A stretch of DNA of 64,000 bases from Rhodospirillaceae bacterium (GCA_018660265.1 JABJKS010000057.1:66506-130505), one strand, 5' to 3'. Positions 1 to 9,476 are shown, numbered from the stretch's first letter. Translations and numbers: made by a program. The notes: a model not told the origin generated them from the sequence alone.

Positions 1-53
1 GGCTCAAAGGCATGCGCCGCCTGCACGAACTCTACGGCTGAGAACGCGCAAAA

Positions 54-1286
54 TCAGGCCGCCAGAGCCAGGCATTCCCGTGCGATCAGGGAGGACAGGC
101 GCGACATTCCATCCTTGATCACGGCGACGGGGCACGTCGCGAACGACAGGCGCAGGGTGTTCTGGCCACCGCCTAGGGCGTGGAAGGCCGCACCTGGAAC
201 AAAGGCCAGGTTTTCCTCCCGCAAGGCCTTTTCCAGCAATCCTTTGGCATCCATGCCGTCTGGCAGGGTTAACCAGACGAACATGCCACCCTTGGGTTCT
301 GTGAAATGCACGCCTTGGGGTAGACATTGCCGCAGGGTCGCCACCATGGCATTGCGGCGTTCGCCATAGGTTTCACGCAGGGTTATGACGTGATCATCCA
401 GGATCGTCGTCGCCAGCTCGTGCGCGAGGATCTGGTTGTAGGTCGCCGTATGCAGATCCGAGGCTTGCTTCAATAGAACCAGGCGCTCCAACAAGGTCGC
501 AGGCGCGATGGTCCAGCCGACCCGCAGGCCGGGCATCATGGTCTTTGACACGGTGCCTAGTTGGATCACCAGGCCGCCATTCTGCCACCGATCCGATCCC
601 AAAAATTGACCTTCCAGCTCCAGCAGTGAGAGAGGCGGCGGTGCGTCGTAGTACAGGGTCCGATAGGCCACATCCTCCAGGATCGTCACGTCATATTGGT
701 GGGCCAGTTTAATAATCCGCTGGCGGCGCTGCGCCGAAATGCTGATACCGCCGGGATTTTGGAAATCCGGAATGGTATAGAGCATGCGCGCGCCGTCCTT
801 AAAGGCGGCCTCCAGACTGTCCATGACCAGGCCATCAGCGTCGGTTTCGACGGTCAGATAACGGGGTCGACGGGTGCCAAATACCTGCAATGCACCAAGA
901 TAAGTTGGATTGGCAACTGCCATGGGCGCGTCCGCATTGATCAAAGCCATGGCCAGCAGCATCAAGGATTGCTGCGCCCCGTTGGTGACCAGGACGTTGT
1001 CCGTCGACAGGGTTATTTCTGGCGTGGAATGACGCGCGGCGATCCATTCGCGAAGGGGCTGATAACCCTCCGTCTGGGAATATTGCATGGCCCGGGCATA
1101 TCGCGCCGGTTCAGCCTCCAGCCTACGGGAAATCCGAGCCACTTCAGGCATGGGAAATAGATCCGGATCAGGAATACCACCTGCGAACGACAAAATTCCC
1201 GGTTCACCGAGGATCTTGAGCAATTCACGAATTTCGGATGCCTCAATGGCACCGGCATCAGAGGAAAACTTGGCTTCCCAGCTCAT
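54..1286 (-). CDS. PLP-dependent aminotransferase (class I/II fold)
   Basis: 410-aa ORF with typical aminotransferase class I/II sequence features (PLP-lysine region ...GTVSKTMMPGLRVGW...). It lies on the same strand as the downstream amino-acid-catabolic genes. Confidence 0.8.
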   Translation of the reverse strand: MSWEAKFSSDAGAIEASEIRELLKILGEPGILSFAGGIPDPDLFPMPEVARISRRLEAEPARYARAMQYSQTEGYQPLREWIAARHSTPEITLSTDNVLVTNGAQQSLMLLAMALINADAPMAVANPTYLGALQVFGTRRPRYLTVETDADGLVMDSLEAAFKDGARMLYTIPDFQNPGGISISAQRRQRIIKLAHQYDVTILEDVAYRTLYYDAPPPLSLLELEGQFLGSDRWQNGGLVIQLGTVSKTMMPGLRVGWTIAPATLLERLVLLKQASDLHTATYNQILAHELATTILDDHVITLRETYGERRNAMVATLRQCLPQGVHFTEPKGGMFVWLTLPDGMDAKGLLEKALREENLAFVPGAAFHALGGGQNTLRLSFATCPVAVIKDGMSRLSSLIARECLALAA

Positions 1287-1302
1287 AGCGACACGCTTTC
1301 AT

Positions 1303-1337
1303 TAAATTAATGTCAGTAATACTGACCTTAATTTAAT
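1303..1337. promoter_or_regulatory. 35-bp AT-rich near-perfect palindrome (TTAAATTAATGTCAGTA-A-TACTGACcTTAATTTAA) just upstream of the aminotransferase start; candidate operator
   Basis: Read directly from the sequence. The arms match at 16 of 17 positions and the element is centred about 30 bp upstream of the ATG at 1286. Confidence 0.4.
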
Positions 1338-1374
1338 TACGTGTCAAGCGCTCCTAACAACACAAAGTTACAAT

Positions 1375-1602
1375 TTAGGCCCTCGGATCAGTTTGCCGGG
1401 CATGGCGACACCACAGATCAGGCCACAATGGGCCATCCCAGATGGGAAACAGCGCTGAATCCAGGATACTACCGGCGAACAAAATAATCCCCGGATCGGT
1501 CAGAGTTTCAAACAATTCATGGATTTCAGACGCCTTGATCACACCGGCATCAACAGAGGAATTGGTTTCCCTACTCATGACAACACGTCTTCGGCAACTC
1601 AA
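1375..1602 (-). pseudogene. Gene remnants: about 47 codons of a paralogous aminotransferase N-terminus (1440-1602) joined to the last ~12 codons of a D-aminoacylase paralog (1375-1440)
   Basis: The fragment SVDAGVIKASEIHELFETLTDPGIILFAGSILD parallels SSDAGAIEASEIRELLKILGEPGILSFAGGIPD of the intact gene at 54-1286. A 29-bp exact match (ggccctcggatcagtttgccgggcatggc) to the 3' end of the amidohydrolase gene at 2572-2600 encodes AMPGKLIRGP. Confidence 0.55.
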
Positions 1603-1809
1603 AGTCCGCTATTTTTACCTTTATTTCGGACGATGTCTATTTTGCCGAGGTTGTGGATAGTATTCCCAATCAACAATTCGCAGCAATGGAGATGGATAAA
1701 AAGGTTAATATTTTGTTAAATTTGGATTGACGGTCCACCACAAAAAAAATTAACCTTATTTGGTGAGGGCATTGAACGAACCTTTTTAAACAAAATGGGA
1801 GAGCATAAA

Positions 1810-2343
1810 ATGAAATTTGTTACAAAAATGGGGACAACTTTTGCCCTTATCATGGGCTTAGTATTCACTGTGATGAACACATCGCAAGCTGCCGTTGTTG
1901 TAGATCCTGGCACCGGCGGTTCCTACACCTTCTTCTTCGACGCGCTGGGACCAATCACCGGGATCTCTGGCTTCCCTGGTGAGACTACATGGTCGATGAC
2001 AGTAGGTAGCACTTCAAGCCTAAGCTTTGCGACTGCTACCGATTGCTGCACAGTTGGCGATGAATTTGGTCTGATTTTTGATGGTGCCGCTGTTGCCTGG
2101 GATACAGAAACAACAACAGGGGGCGGCTTTTTTGAAGGCAGCATGTCCGATCTGCTGTTGACAGCAGGGACCCATACATTTGGATTAGTCCTGACTGCGG
2201 CTTGTTGTTCTTCCGGCGGTGCTTTCATGGAGTTTGGTACTGCAACTGCTGTTCCTGTTCCAGCGGCTTTACCCCTGTTTGCGGGTGGTCTTGGTTTCCT
2301 AGGTTTCATGGGCTGGCGTAAAAAGCGGGTTGCAGCCGCTTAG
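1810..2343 (+). CDS. Secreted VPLPA-CTERM (PEP-CTERM-like) sorting-domain protein
   Basis: N-terminal signal peptide (MKFVTKMGTTFALIMGLVFTVMNTSQA). C-terminal VPVPAALPLFAGGLGFLGFMGWRKKR tail, i.e. a VPxPA motif, a hydrophobic helix and a basic cluster. An RBS GGGAGAG precedes the ATG at 1810, and the local GC is lower than the flanks. Confidence 0.7.
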   Translation: MKFVTKMGTTFALIMGLVFTVMNTSQAAVVVDPGTGGSYTFFFDALGPITGISGFPGETTWSMTVGSTSSLSFATATDCCTVGDEFGLIFDGAAVAWDTETTTGGGFFEGSMSDLLLTAGTHTFGLVLTAACCSSGGAFMEFGTATAVPVPAALPLFAGGLGFLGFMGWRKKRVAAA

Positions 2344-2479
2344 AGTATGTTTACTTTAAACATGCCCAGATACTTGCGATTCTTAAGAAAAGAGTGATTG
2401 GACCAATTACTTGGACCACAAGAGTGAATTCATTTAAATTGAAATTTCTCTAGTTCATCAACAAAATGCAAGACAAATT

Positions 2480-2505
2480 AAAACGGCCCTTCGGGGCCGT
2501 TTTTC
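2480..2505. terminator. Bidirectional rho-independent terminator hairpin (AAAACGGCCC-TTCG-GGGCCGTTTTT) between convergent genes
   Basis: Perfect 10-bp stem with a 4-nt loop, flanked by A-run and T-run on either side. It lies between the + gene ending at 2343 and the - gene ending at 2559. Confidence 0.6.
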
Positions 2506-2558
2506 TTTCCTGGCAAACATGCCCCATCTTCCAAGTTTATACGGGGGAAACGCGACGC

Positions 2559-4286
2559 TTAATTCGCTTGCGGCCCTCGGATCAGTTTGCCGGGCATGGC
2601 ACCCGTCGCTACTCCATCGCGATAAGTCACTTCACCACCCGACACAGTGGCCAGATAGCCATCAACTTCCTGGACCAACCGGCGGCCATTGGCGGGCAGA
2701 TCATCGATCATATAGGGCGGTTTCAGACGCATATCGTCTAAATTCATAACGTTCAGGTCCGCCTTCAGACCTTCTGCCAACAGGCCGCGATCTTTCAGGC
2801 CATAGCTAAGGGCTGTGTCGCGAGTTTGGTATTTGACCGCCTGCTCCAACCCAAGGCGCGGGCCACGGGTACGATCACGGACCCAGTGGGTCATCAGATA
2901 GCTGGGCATGGCGGCATCACAAATCAGGCCGCAATGGGCCCCGCCGTCAGAGAGGCTGAGGAGCGTATCCTCGTTCTCCAACATCTCCCGCAATACTTCA
3001 AAATCGCCATTGCTATAGCTGATCAGGGGGTAATACAGCATCTCCTTACCGTCCCGGCTCAACAGATAGTCCAGACAGACCTCTTTCCCCGAACGCCCTT
3101 CGCGGCTGGCAATGGCGGCGATGGATTTGTCCTGGGTCGGTTCGTAATCAAGGGGGTCACCAAGGGGAAACATCTTGTCATAGGACGTCGCCACCGTGGG
3201 GTTAAAGCGGCCTGTGAAGCCGCTTTTCTCTGACAGCAACGCGGCCCGGTTTTCGGGCGTACTCAACGCAGCCACACGTTCGGCAAGGGGCAGATGGGCA
3301 AAGCGTTTATAGGTAGGATGCTCCATGAATGGATGCAGGGAACTTTGCAGCCCCAACAACAAACCTGCGGGACGTCCCGCCACCAATGCACGGACATCGG
3401 CACCCGTGCCCCGTGCGGCGCGGGTCAACTTCAGTATCTCGCGCCATTCATCGGGCACCGTGTCGGCTTGGCCCAGGATGAAGGTCACCAACAAGCCGGT
3501 ATCTTTGGCCAGGCGGACCATCCAGTCCATGTCTTCACCGAATTTGCCGCCCATGCCGCCGAGGCCGAAATCCGTGGCCAATTCGAACACCCCGTGGCCG
3601 GCCCGTTTCATGCCCTGGCCGATGGCCATCAATTCGTCCGCGCCCGCAAAGGTTCCAGGTACCGGTTCCCCATCGAGGGAACGATGCAGCATGGTGCGCG
3701 ATGTTGAAAAGCCCAAAGCGCCCGCTTTCAGCCCCTGTTCAACAATATCTGCCATACCGGCCATATCGTCGGGGTTGGCGGGTTGATTGGTCGCCCCACG
3801 ATCTCCCATGACATAGGTGCGAATGGCCCCATGCGGGACTTGCGTGCCCACATCCAGCGAACGTGGCATGGCATCAAGGGCATCAAGATATTCGGGAAAG
3901 CTTTCCCAATCCCATTTGATCCCCGCTGCCAGGGCGGAACCGGGAATATCTTCCACGCCTTCCATCAGGCGGATGAGCTGGTCGTGGGCGTCAGGTGCGA
4001 CCGGTGCGAAGCCGACGCCGCAGTTGCCCATGATCGCCGTCGTCACACCGTGCCAGCCGGACGGTGTGAGGTGCGGATCCCAGGTTACCTGGCCATCATA
4101 GTGGGTGTGGATATCAACCCAGCCAGGTGCGACAACGGCACCATCGGCATCGATTTCTTCCCGTGCCGCGCCGGCCGTGCCGCCAACCTGGCTTAACCGG
4201 TCGCCATCAATGGCCACATCACCCGTGGCTTTTTCGGCACCCGAGCCGTCAACAATGACGCCACCGCGTATGACCAGATCATGCAT
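2559..4286 (-). CDS. N-acyl-D-amino-acid deacylase (D-aminoacylase) family amidohydrolase
   Basis: 575 aa. N-terminus MHDLVIRGGVIVDGSG...APGWVDIHTHYDGQ is typical of the D-aminoacylase branch of the metal-dependent amidohydrolase superfamily. Confidence 0.85.
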   Translation of the reverse strand: MHDLVIRGGVIVDGSGAEKATGDVAIDGDRLSQVGGTAGAAREEIDADGAVVAPGWVDIHTHYDGQVTWDPHLTPSGWHGVTTAIMGNCGVGFAPVAPDAHDQLIRLMEGVEDIPGSALAAGIKWDWESFPEYLDALDAMPRSLDVGTQVPHGAIRTYVMGDRGATNQPANPDDMAGMADIVEQGLKAGALGFSTSRTMLHRSLDGEPVPGTFAGADELMAIGQGMKRAGHGVFELATDFGLGGMGGKFGEDMDWMVRLAKDTGLLVTFILGQADTVPDEWREILKLTRAARGTGADVRALVAGRPAGLLLGLQSSLHPFMEHPTYKRFAHLPLAERVAALSTPENRAALLSEKSGFTGRFNPTVATSYDKMFPLGDPLDYEPTQDKSIAAIASREGRSGKEVCLDYLLSRDGKEMLYYPLISYSNGDFEVLREMLENEDTLLSLSDGGAHCGLICDAAMPSYLMTHWVRDRTRGPRLGLEQAVKYQTRDTALSYGLKDRGLLAEGLKADLNVMNLDDMRLKPPYMIDDLPANGRRLVQEVDGYLATVSGGEVTYRDGVATGAMPGKLIRGPQAN

Positions 4287-4307
4287 GTTTTGCTTCCTTC
4301 CCCAGAT

Positions 4308-5231
4308 TTAAAGATGGCTCAAATATTGCGCCACGTAGTCCGAACCGACCTCGTCCTTATAGGCTGCCATCAACTTCGCTGTTATAGGCCCCGGCACGGC
4401 ACCATCACCAATGGGCGCACCGTTAAAGCTGCGCATGGGGCAAAGACATAGGGAGGTCGAGGTAATAAAGCCCTCGTCCGCCGTGGCCGCATCAAAGGGA
4501 GAGAGATCATCCTCAATAATTTCAAGCCCCAAGCCCCGGCACAGATCCATACTGACCGCGCGGCTGACACCGGCCAGCACATACTGCGCCTTTGGTGTGC
4601 GCACCTTGCCGTCATGGATCAGAAAAATATTGCTGCCGCTGCCTTCTGTGAGGAAGCCGCGCGTATCGAGCAATAGGGGCCAGGCATCGGGGGCTGATTT
4701 TTGCGTTTCCAGACCGGCAACGATCAGGTTCAGATAATTGTGGGTCTTGGCCGCTGGGTTCAGTGCCTCGGGCGGCGTGCGCCGGGTCGCGGGCACGACG
4801 ATATCAATACCATCGCGAAACAGCGGCGCCCGCTTCGCCAACGGCAAGGGCACACATGTTACGATGACCGTTGGCCCCGCATCACCACCCGGGCCGTCTG
4901 GATAGTTCGGCCCCCGGGTGACCCGTAGGTAGACCCAGTAGTCTTCATCCGGGCCCAGCAAATGCAAATTGCGTTCGATGACTTCTTCCGAGATCGCGCA
5001 AAATTCCGCCACGTTCAGGCCTGGATCAATCTGCACATAACGCAGGGAACGAAACAATCGCTCCACATGCTCCTCAAGGCGATAGATCTTGCCGGCAAAG
5101 GTTCGCGCCGTATCGAACACCGCATCGCCATAAATGAAGCCACGGTCGGAAATAGAAATGGTGGCACGGGATTCCGGCACGTAGTCGCCGTTGATATAGA
5201 CCACCCGCTCGTTCAATAGACTTTCGTTCAT
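4308..5231 (-). CDS. Class IV aminotransferase (D-amino-acid / branched-chain aminotransferase fold)
   Basis: Fold-type IV signature. The start is chosen at MNESLL, which has an AGGAG RBS 7 nt upstream. There is a 4-bp ATGA overlap with the upstream gene. Confidence 0.8.
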   Translation of the reverse strand: MNESLLNERVVYINGDYVPESRATISISDRGFIYGDAVFDTARTFAGKIYRLEEHVERLFRSLRYVQIDPGLNVAEFCAISEEVIERNLHLLGPDEDYWVYLRVTRGPNYPDGPGGDAGPTVIVTCVPLPLAKRAPLFRDGIDIVVPATRRTPPEALNPAAKTHNYLNLIVAGLETQKSAPDAWPLLLDTRGFLTEGSGSNIFLIHDGKVRTPKAQYVLAGVSRAVSMDLCRGLGLEIIEDDLSPFDAATADEGFITSTSLCLCPMRSFNGAPIGDGAVPGPITAKLMAAYKDEVGSDYVAQYLSHL

Positions 5232-6568
5232 TCCGCTGCTCCTAACGTATTCTGTTTGGACGCGAATGCTTCCAACCCACCTTTGAATTCGGTCTGCCCG
5301 AAGATATCCGGCAACAGGCTTTTCAACCATTCACGGTCCATATCCACGCCATTGGCTTTGAGGTAAATTTCACCCTCATCCAGAACCATGTCCCAGTCGT
5401 CCTGCATCCGATAGCGTTTGGAAATATCATCGTGCGGCTGTTGGCCCAGGGCCTGGACCAACAAATCTGTCCAGTTCACGACCTGGAATTTTCCGCCCGC
5501 CTCCAATCCCGATAACTGGCCGTGGCAACCATGATAAAGTGAAACGAGAATATCCACATCCTCTGCCTCCGCCCGCGCCAGGGTCTCCGCCCGCGCCGCC
5601 GCCTTTAAGTCCGGTGATCGATCCGCCCCGGATCCGCCGCAGGTATAGCCGGGCTCCGACACCGTCCCGACCAAGGTCAGGCCCGGCACCGACGACAACA
5701 TCCTGGCGACGTTTTCGCCGACCTTTTCCATGCCGTCGTGGGTGTGGAGGAGGACGCGTTTGTTAACCGGCTGGATGAATTTCTCCGCCAACCCTTCGGC
5801 CCGCGCGACAAGATAATTGGTCACATGATCAAAATCAAAACTGGCCTGACGGAAGCCGGCAATCGTCTCGCCCAGATGCAGTACACATGACGGGCACCAG
5901 CTTAGGACTTCCTTGGGCTTGAAGCCGGCAAAGCGATCAATGGTCCCGTCCACGACCCGCTCGCCTGCGGCCTGGTCACCCTCCCATTTCGATTGAATGA
6001 TGCCGCAGCAGGCACCGGGCCCACCAACCACTTCATAGTCGGTTTCCAGGGCATCCAAAATCGCCATGGCATTGAACAACAAATGCGGGGTACGGATCGG
6101 GTTACAGCCGGTATAAAAAACAACGTCCGCCGGGTGGGCCCGGGGATTGCGCAACAGCTTGTCAAACTCCGGCGGGGCCAGTTGCATGGCCGCCATGATG
6201 CGGATCGAACGGGACATCTTGCGGAACAATTGCGGCGTCGGGCTGTCCTGTTCCGCCTCCACCGTATTGGCCAGCATCAACATTCGCCGCGGGTTCACAC
6301 CTTCGGGACAGCTGGGAATACAAAGGCCGCAGCCGTTGCATTGACTACTCCAAGATTGCGCCGCGCCCGCCAATGGCGTGCCATCGCGCAAAAGACCCAA
6401 AACACCGCCTATGCCGCCAATGACGCCAGGTTCCTCCCCCGCCTTCACATCCGTATAGGGCGTGACCGGGCAGACCTCGACACATTTGCCGCATGCGGTA
6501 CAATCCGCAATCAGGGCTGCACGCTCCTGATCCAGAAAATCGTTCAACGATTGTTTTGCTAATCCCAT
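5228..6568 (-). CDS. Fe-S oxidoreductase with two 4Fe-4S ferredoxin motifs and CCG cysteine-rich domains (GlcF/GlpC/HdrD-like)
   Basis: CTACGKCVEVCP and CNGCGLCIPSCP motifs, followed by CCG-type Cys clusters. Start placed at MGLAKQ; the start is uncertain. Confidence 0.7.
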   Translation of the reverse strand: MGLAKQSLNDFLDQERAALIADCTACGKCVEVCPVTPYTDVKAGEEPGVIGGIGGVLGLLRDGTPLAGAAQSWSSQCNGCGLCIPSCPEGVNPRRMLMLANTVEAEQDSPTPQLFRKMSRSIRIMAAMQLAPPEFDKLLRNPRAHPADVVFYTGCNPIRTPHLLFNAMAILDALETDYEVVGGPGACCGIIQSKWEGDQAAGERVVDGTIDRFAGFKPKEVLSWCPSCVLHLGETIAGFRQASFDFDHVTNYLVARAEGLAEKFIQPVNKRVLLHTHDGMEKVGENVARMLSSVPGLTLVGTVSEPGYTCGGSGADRSPDLKAAARAETLARAEAEDVDILVSLYHGCHGQLSGLEAGGKFQVVNWTDLLVQALGQQPHDDISKRYRMQDDWDMVLDEGEIYLKANGVDMDREWLKSLLPDIFGQTEFKGGLEAFASKQNTLGAAE

Positions 6569-6599
6569 ATTCGTAGTGTTTCCCGCCAGATTGCGTAGG

Positions 6600-6965
6600 T
6601 CAAGTCCGCTTCGACGCCTTCTTGTTCTTTGCCGCATCAACGCGAAGGGCAGCGTCTGCTGCGCCACGGGCCCAAGTCAGGAATTCATCCTCGTTATCCA
6701 GCACATCGACAGGCACCGTCCAATAACTGCCCAGACTGGCCCGCTTGCCCTTGCGCTCATAACTAAAGGCCTCCATCCCCTCGGCCTCATAGTCGGGACG
6801 GTTCACATCATCGACCTTGAAATGCAGGACGTCCCGCAAGATCAAAGCAAACATCAATCCCCGATAAAAAATCCCCAAACCACCGAACATGCGGCGGGAG
6901 GTGATATGCCCCAAGGGCGCGACAAGATCCTCAATATAGGCACGGTATTCCGGTGATACGGCCAT
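6600..6965 (-). CDS. TfoX/Sxy N-terminal-domain protein
   Basis: 121 aa. The RMFGGLGIFYRGLMFALI motif is characteristic of TfoX_N. Confidence 0.6.
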   Translation of the reverse strand: MAVSPEYRAYIEDLVAPLGHITSRRMFGGLGIFYRGLMFALILRDVLHFKVDDVNRPDYEAEGMEAFSYERKGKRASLGSYWTVPVDVLDNEDEFLTWARGAADAALRVDAAKNKKASKRT

Positions 6966-6967
6966 GG

Positions 6968-7837
6968 CTACTTATACAGCGGCACCTGATCCTTGGGTTT
7001 GCCAATATGTTCGTAGAGGTCGGGGCGGCGCTGGTCCATCAGTGGGTAGCGGCGTTTAACCTCGTCGGCAAAACTCAGGTCGATTTCTGTTGTGATGATG
7101 CCTTCATCGTCCGAGGCGGTGGCGACAATTGTGCCCCAGGGGTCCACCACCATGGAACGGCCTACATAACCGACGCCCGAAGATGGATCGACACCGTATT
7201 GGCCAGATGCCACGACCCAGCACTGGTTTTCCGTGGCCCGGGCGCGCAGGAAGAATTCCCAATGATCAAAACGCGGGCTGAGGAAGGCGGAAGCGCAGAC
7301 GATGACCTCCGCGCCCTTCAGGGCCAGCTCGCGATAGACCTCCGGAAAACGCAAGTCGGAACAGACCGACAGACCAATCTTGGCGGGCGCGGTATCGAAC
7401 ACCGGTAATTCCGTGCCCGCCTTGACATGATCGGACTCCCGAATGCCCGCCTTGATATCGGGGCGGTCGGGGGCATCGAACAAATGGGTCTTCCAGTATT
7501 TGCCCATGATCTCCCCCTTAGGATTGATGAAAGGAGAGGAGTTGTAATGCTGGTTCCCCTCCTTTTCATACATGGAGCCGACAATATACATGCCGTACTT
7601 TTGGGCTTTCTCCGCCAACAGATCCGATGTTGGTCCAGGAATAGTCTCGGCAATATCGAGGTAAGCATCATCAGAGGAAAAGCCCGCACCGGTCCAAATT
7701 TCGGGCAGCACCACAAGTTCCGATCCCCGCCGTCCCGCCACATCCAGAAAACCCATCATCTTTTCAACAACGGCATCTTTTTCTCCATCCACCGCTGTAA
7801 TCTGAATGGCGGAAACGGTCATGGGTCTTGCAGTCAT
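6968..7837 (-). CDS. Carbon-nitrogen hydrolase (nitrilase superfamily)
   Basis: Catalytic E/K/C context with ...GLSVCSDLRFPE... Start placed at MTARPMTV, which has an AGGAG RBS. The exact start may be off by 1 nt. Confidence 0.8.
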   Translation of the reverse strand: MTARPMTVSAIQITAVDGEKDAVVEKMMGFLDVAGRRGSELVVLPEIWTGAGFSSDDAYLDIAETIPGPTSDLLAEKAQKYGMYIVGSMYEKEGNQHYNSSPFINPKGEIMGKYWKTHLFDAPDRPDIKAGIRESDHVKAGTELPVFDTAPAKIGLSVCSDLRFPEVYRELALKGAEVIVCASAFLSPRFDHWEFFLRARATENQCWVVASGQYGVDPSSGVGYVGRSMVVDPWGTIVATASDDEGIITTEIDLSFADEVKRRYPLMDQRRPDLYEHIGKPKDQVPLYK

Positions 7838-7847
7838 ATTAATTCTC

Positions 7848-9476
7848 CTAGTATTTGGAAATTTCGACTTCTTGCGAGGTGATAAATTCCAGCAATGCCG
7901 GCACACCTGCCTCCGTTTGGGCGATGCCCCGTTGGATTGCGGGAATAATCTCCGCCGGGTCGGTCACACGCTCGCCATAGCCGCCGAACGCCTTGGCCAT
8001 GTCGGCGTAGTTGCCCGAGATATCAGTGGAGCGATATTTCTCTGTTGAGACTTCCATGATCTTAAGTTCAATGGCCATGGAGAAATTATTCAACAGGATC
8101 GACAGGATGGGAATGCGTTCCCGCACCGCCGTCTCGAAATCCATGCCCGTAAAGCCAATGGCCGCATCGCCCCAAACATTGATACACAGCGCATCGGGGC
8201 GCACCAACTTGGCCCCCATGGCGAGGCCGAGGCCATAGCCAAGCTGGGTGGTCTTGCCCCAACCGATATAGCTGAGCGGTTTGGTGGCACGCCAAAAAGG
8301 TGAGAGCTGATCACGGGGAGAGCCCGCATCATGGGTGATAATTGTATTGTCCTTGTCCACCGTGTTCTGCAGATCCCAGAGCACCCGGTAAGGCGTCATG
8401 GGATTTTGCGTGGACGTCAACTTGGGCATCCATTCCGCCAACCAGGCTTCATGGACGGCGGCAATTTCCTTGGCCACCGGTTCATTGTCCCGGGGCCCTT
8501 CCACCAAATCTTCCACGGCAGCGATCAGCGCATCAAGGCTCAACGCCGCATCGCCCAACAAGCCGACCTCCACCTCCACATCCTTATTCAGATCGATGGG
8601 GTCCAGGGTGGCCTGGATAAAGCTTTTGCCTTTGGGCATGGCAATGCCGAATGAGGTTTCGGTGAAACTGCAGCCGACGCCAAAAATCACGTCCGCATTA
8701 TGGAGGAATTGATGCACCGCCTTTGGGAAGGCCAGGCCGCCCGATCCCAGTGACAGTGGATGGTCTTCCGGGAAGCTGCTTTTGCCGCCCAGAGAGGTAC
8801 AGACCGGAATGGCCAGCAACTCTGCCAACTGCTTCAACTGCGGCCAGGCCTCGGCATAGTGCACGCCGCCACCGGCATAAATCACCGGGTTCTTGGCGGC
8901 GACCAGCATTTCCGCGGCCCTGACCACGTCCAATGGATCGGGACCATAGCGGGTGGATAGCACGGGTGTGTAATCCAGCTCTCCCGTCATCTCCTCGTTC
9001 ATGACATCGGTCGGCACTTCAACCACACAGGGGCCACCGCGGCCGTTGCGCAGCTGGGTAAAGGCCCGGCGCAGGATATTCGGGACTTCATCAGCATGGG
9101 TTACGGGTTCGGTGGTTTTTGCAACCTGTGCCATGGCTTCCGTGGAGTTGAAGTTAGGACGAATATGGGCCAACCGCCGGGCATATCCCATGGGCAGCAC
9201 CAAGATGGGCACGCCCTCACCAAATGCCTGGGCGACGCCGCCATAGGCGTTTTCAGCGCCGGGGCCGTGTTGCATGGCGAACACGCCAACGTTCTTACCC
9301 GACGACAGACGCGACATGGCATCCGCCATATGCAAGCCGATCCGTTCCTGGCGCACAATGACGGGGCGAATGTCCCACCGTGCGGCATATTCCAGAATGT
9401 GATTGACGGGATAGCCGATCAAACATTCGACCCCTTCCCGCTTGAGAATTTCGACGATCGCTTCAACTGCTTTCAC
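7848..9476 (-). CDS. Thiamine-pyrophosphate-dependent enzyme (acetolactate-synthase large-subunit family)
   Basis: TPP-enzyme N, central and C domains (GDAAIGFTGMDFETAV, a GDG-like TPP motif). A GTG start at 9476 has an AGGAG RBS 8 nt upstream. Confidence 0.8.
   Translation of the reverse strand: MKAVEAIVEILKREGVECLIGYPVNHILEYAARWDIRPVIVRQERIGLHMADAMSRLSSGKNVGVFAMQHGPGAENAYGGVAQAFGEGVPILVLPMGYARRLAHIRPNFNSTEAMAQVAKTTEPVTHADEVPNILRRAFTQLRNGRGGPCVVEVPTDVMNEEMTGELDYTPVLSTRYGPDPLDVVRAAEMLVAAKNPVIYAGGGVHYAEAWPQLKQLAELLAIPVCTSLGGKSSFPEDHPLSLGSGGLAFPKAVHQFLHNADVIFGVGCSFTETSFGIAMPKGKSFIQATLDPIDLNKDVEVEVGLLGDAALSLDALIAAVEDLVEGPRDNEPVAKEIAAVHEAWLAEWMPKLTSTQNPMTPYRVLWDLQNTVDKDNTIITHDAGSPRDQLSPFWRATKPLSYIGWGKTTQLGYGLGLAMGAKLVRPDALCINVWGDAAIGFTGMDFETAVRERIPILSILLNNFSMAIELKIMEVSTEKYRSTDISGNYADMAKAFGGYGERVTDPAEIIPAIQRGIAQTEAGVPALLEFITSQEVEISKY

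Noticed and set aside
4-327. 107-aa - strand ORF at the window start, and other short ORFs inside 54-1286
   Set aside because: They overlap the well-supported aminotransferase gene in alternative frames and have no independent support.
5993-6562. 189-aa + strand ORF
   Set aside because: It is antisense to the Fe-S oxidoreductase, and the ferredoxin Cys motifs fix the - strand frame.
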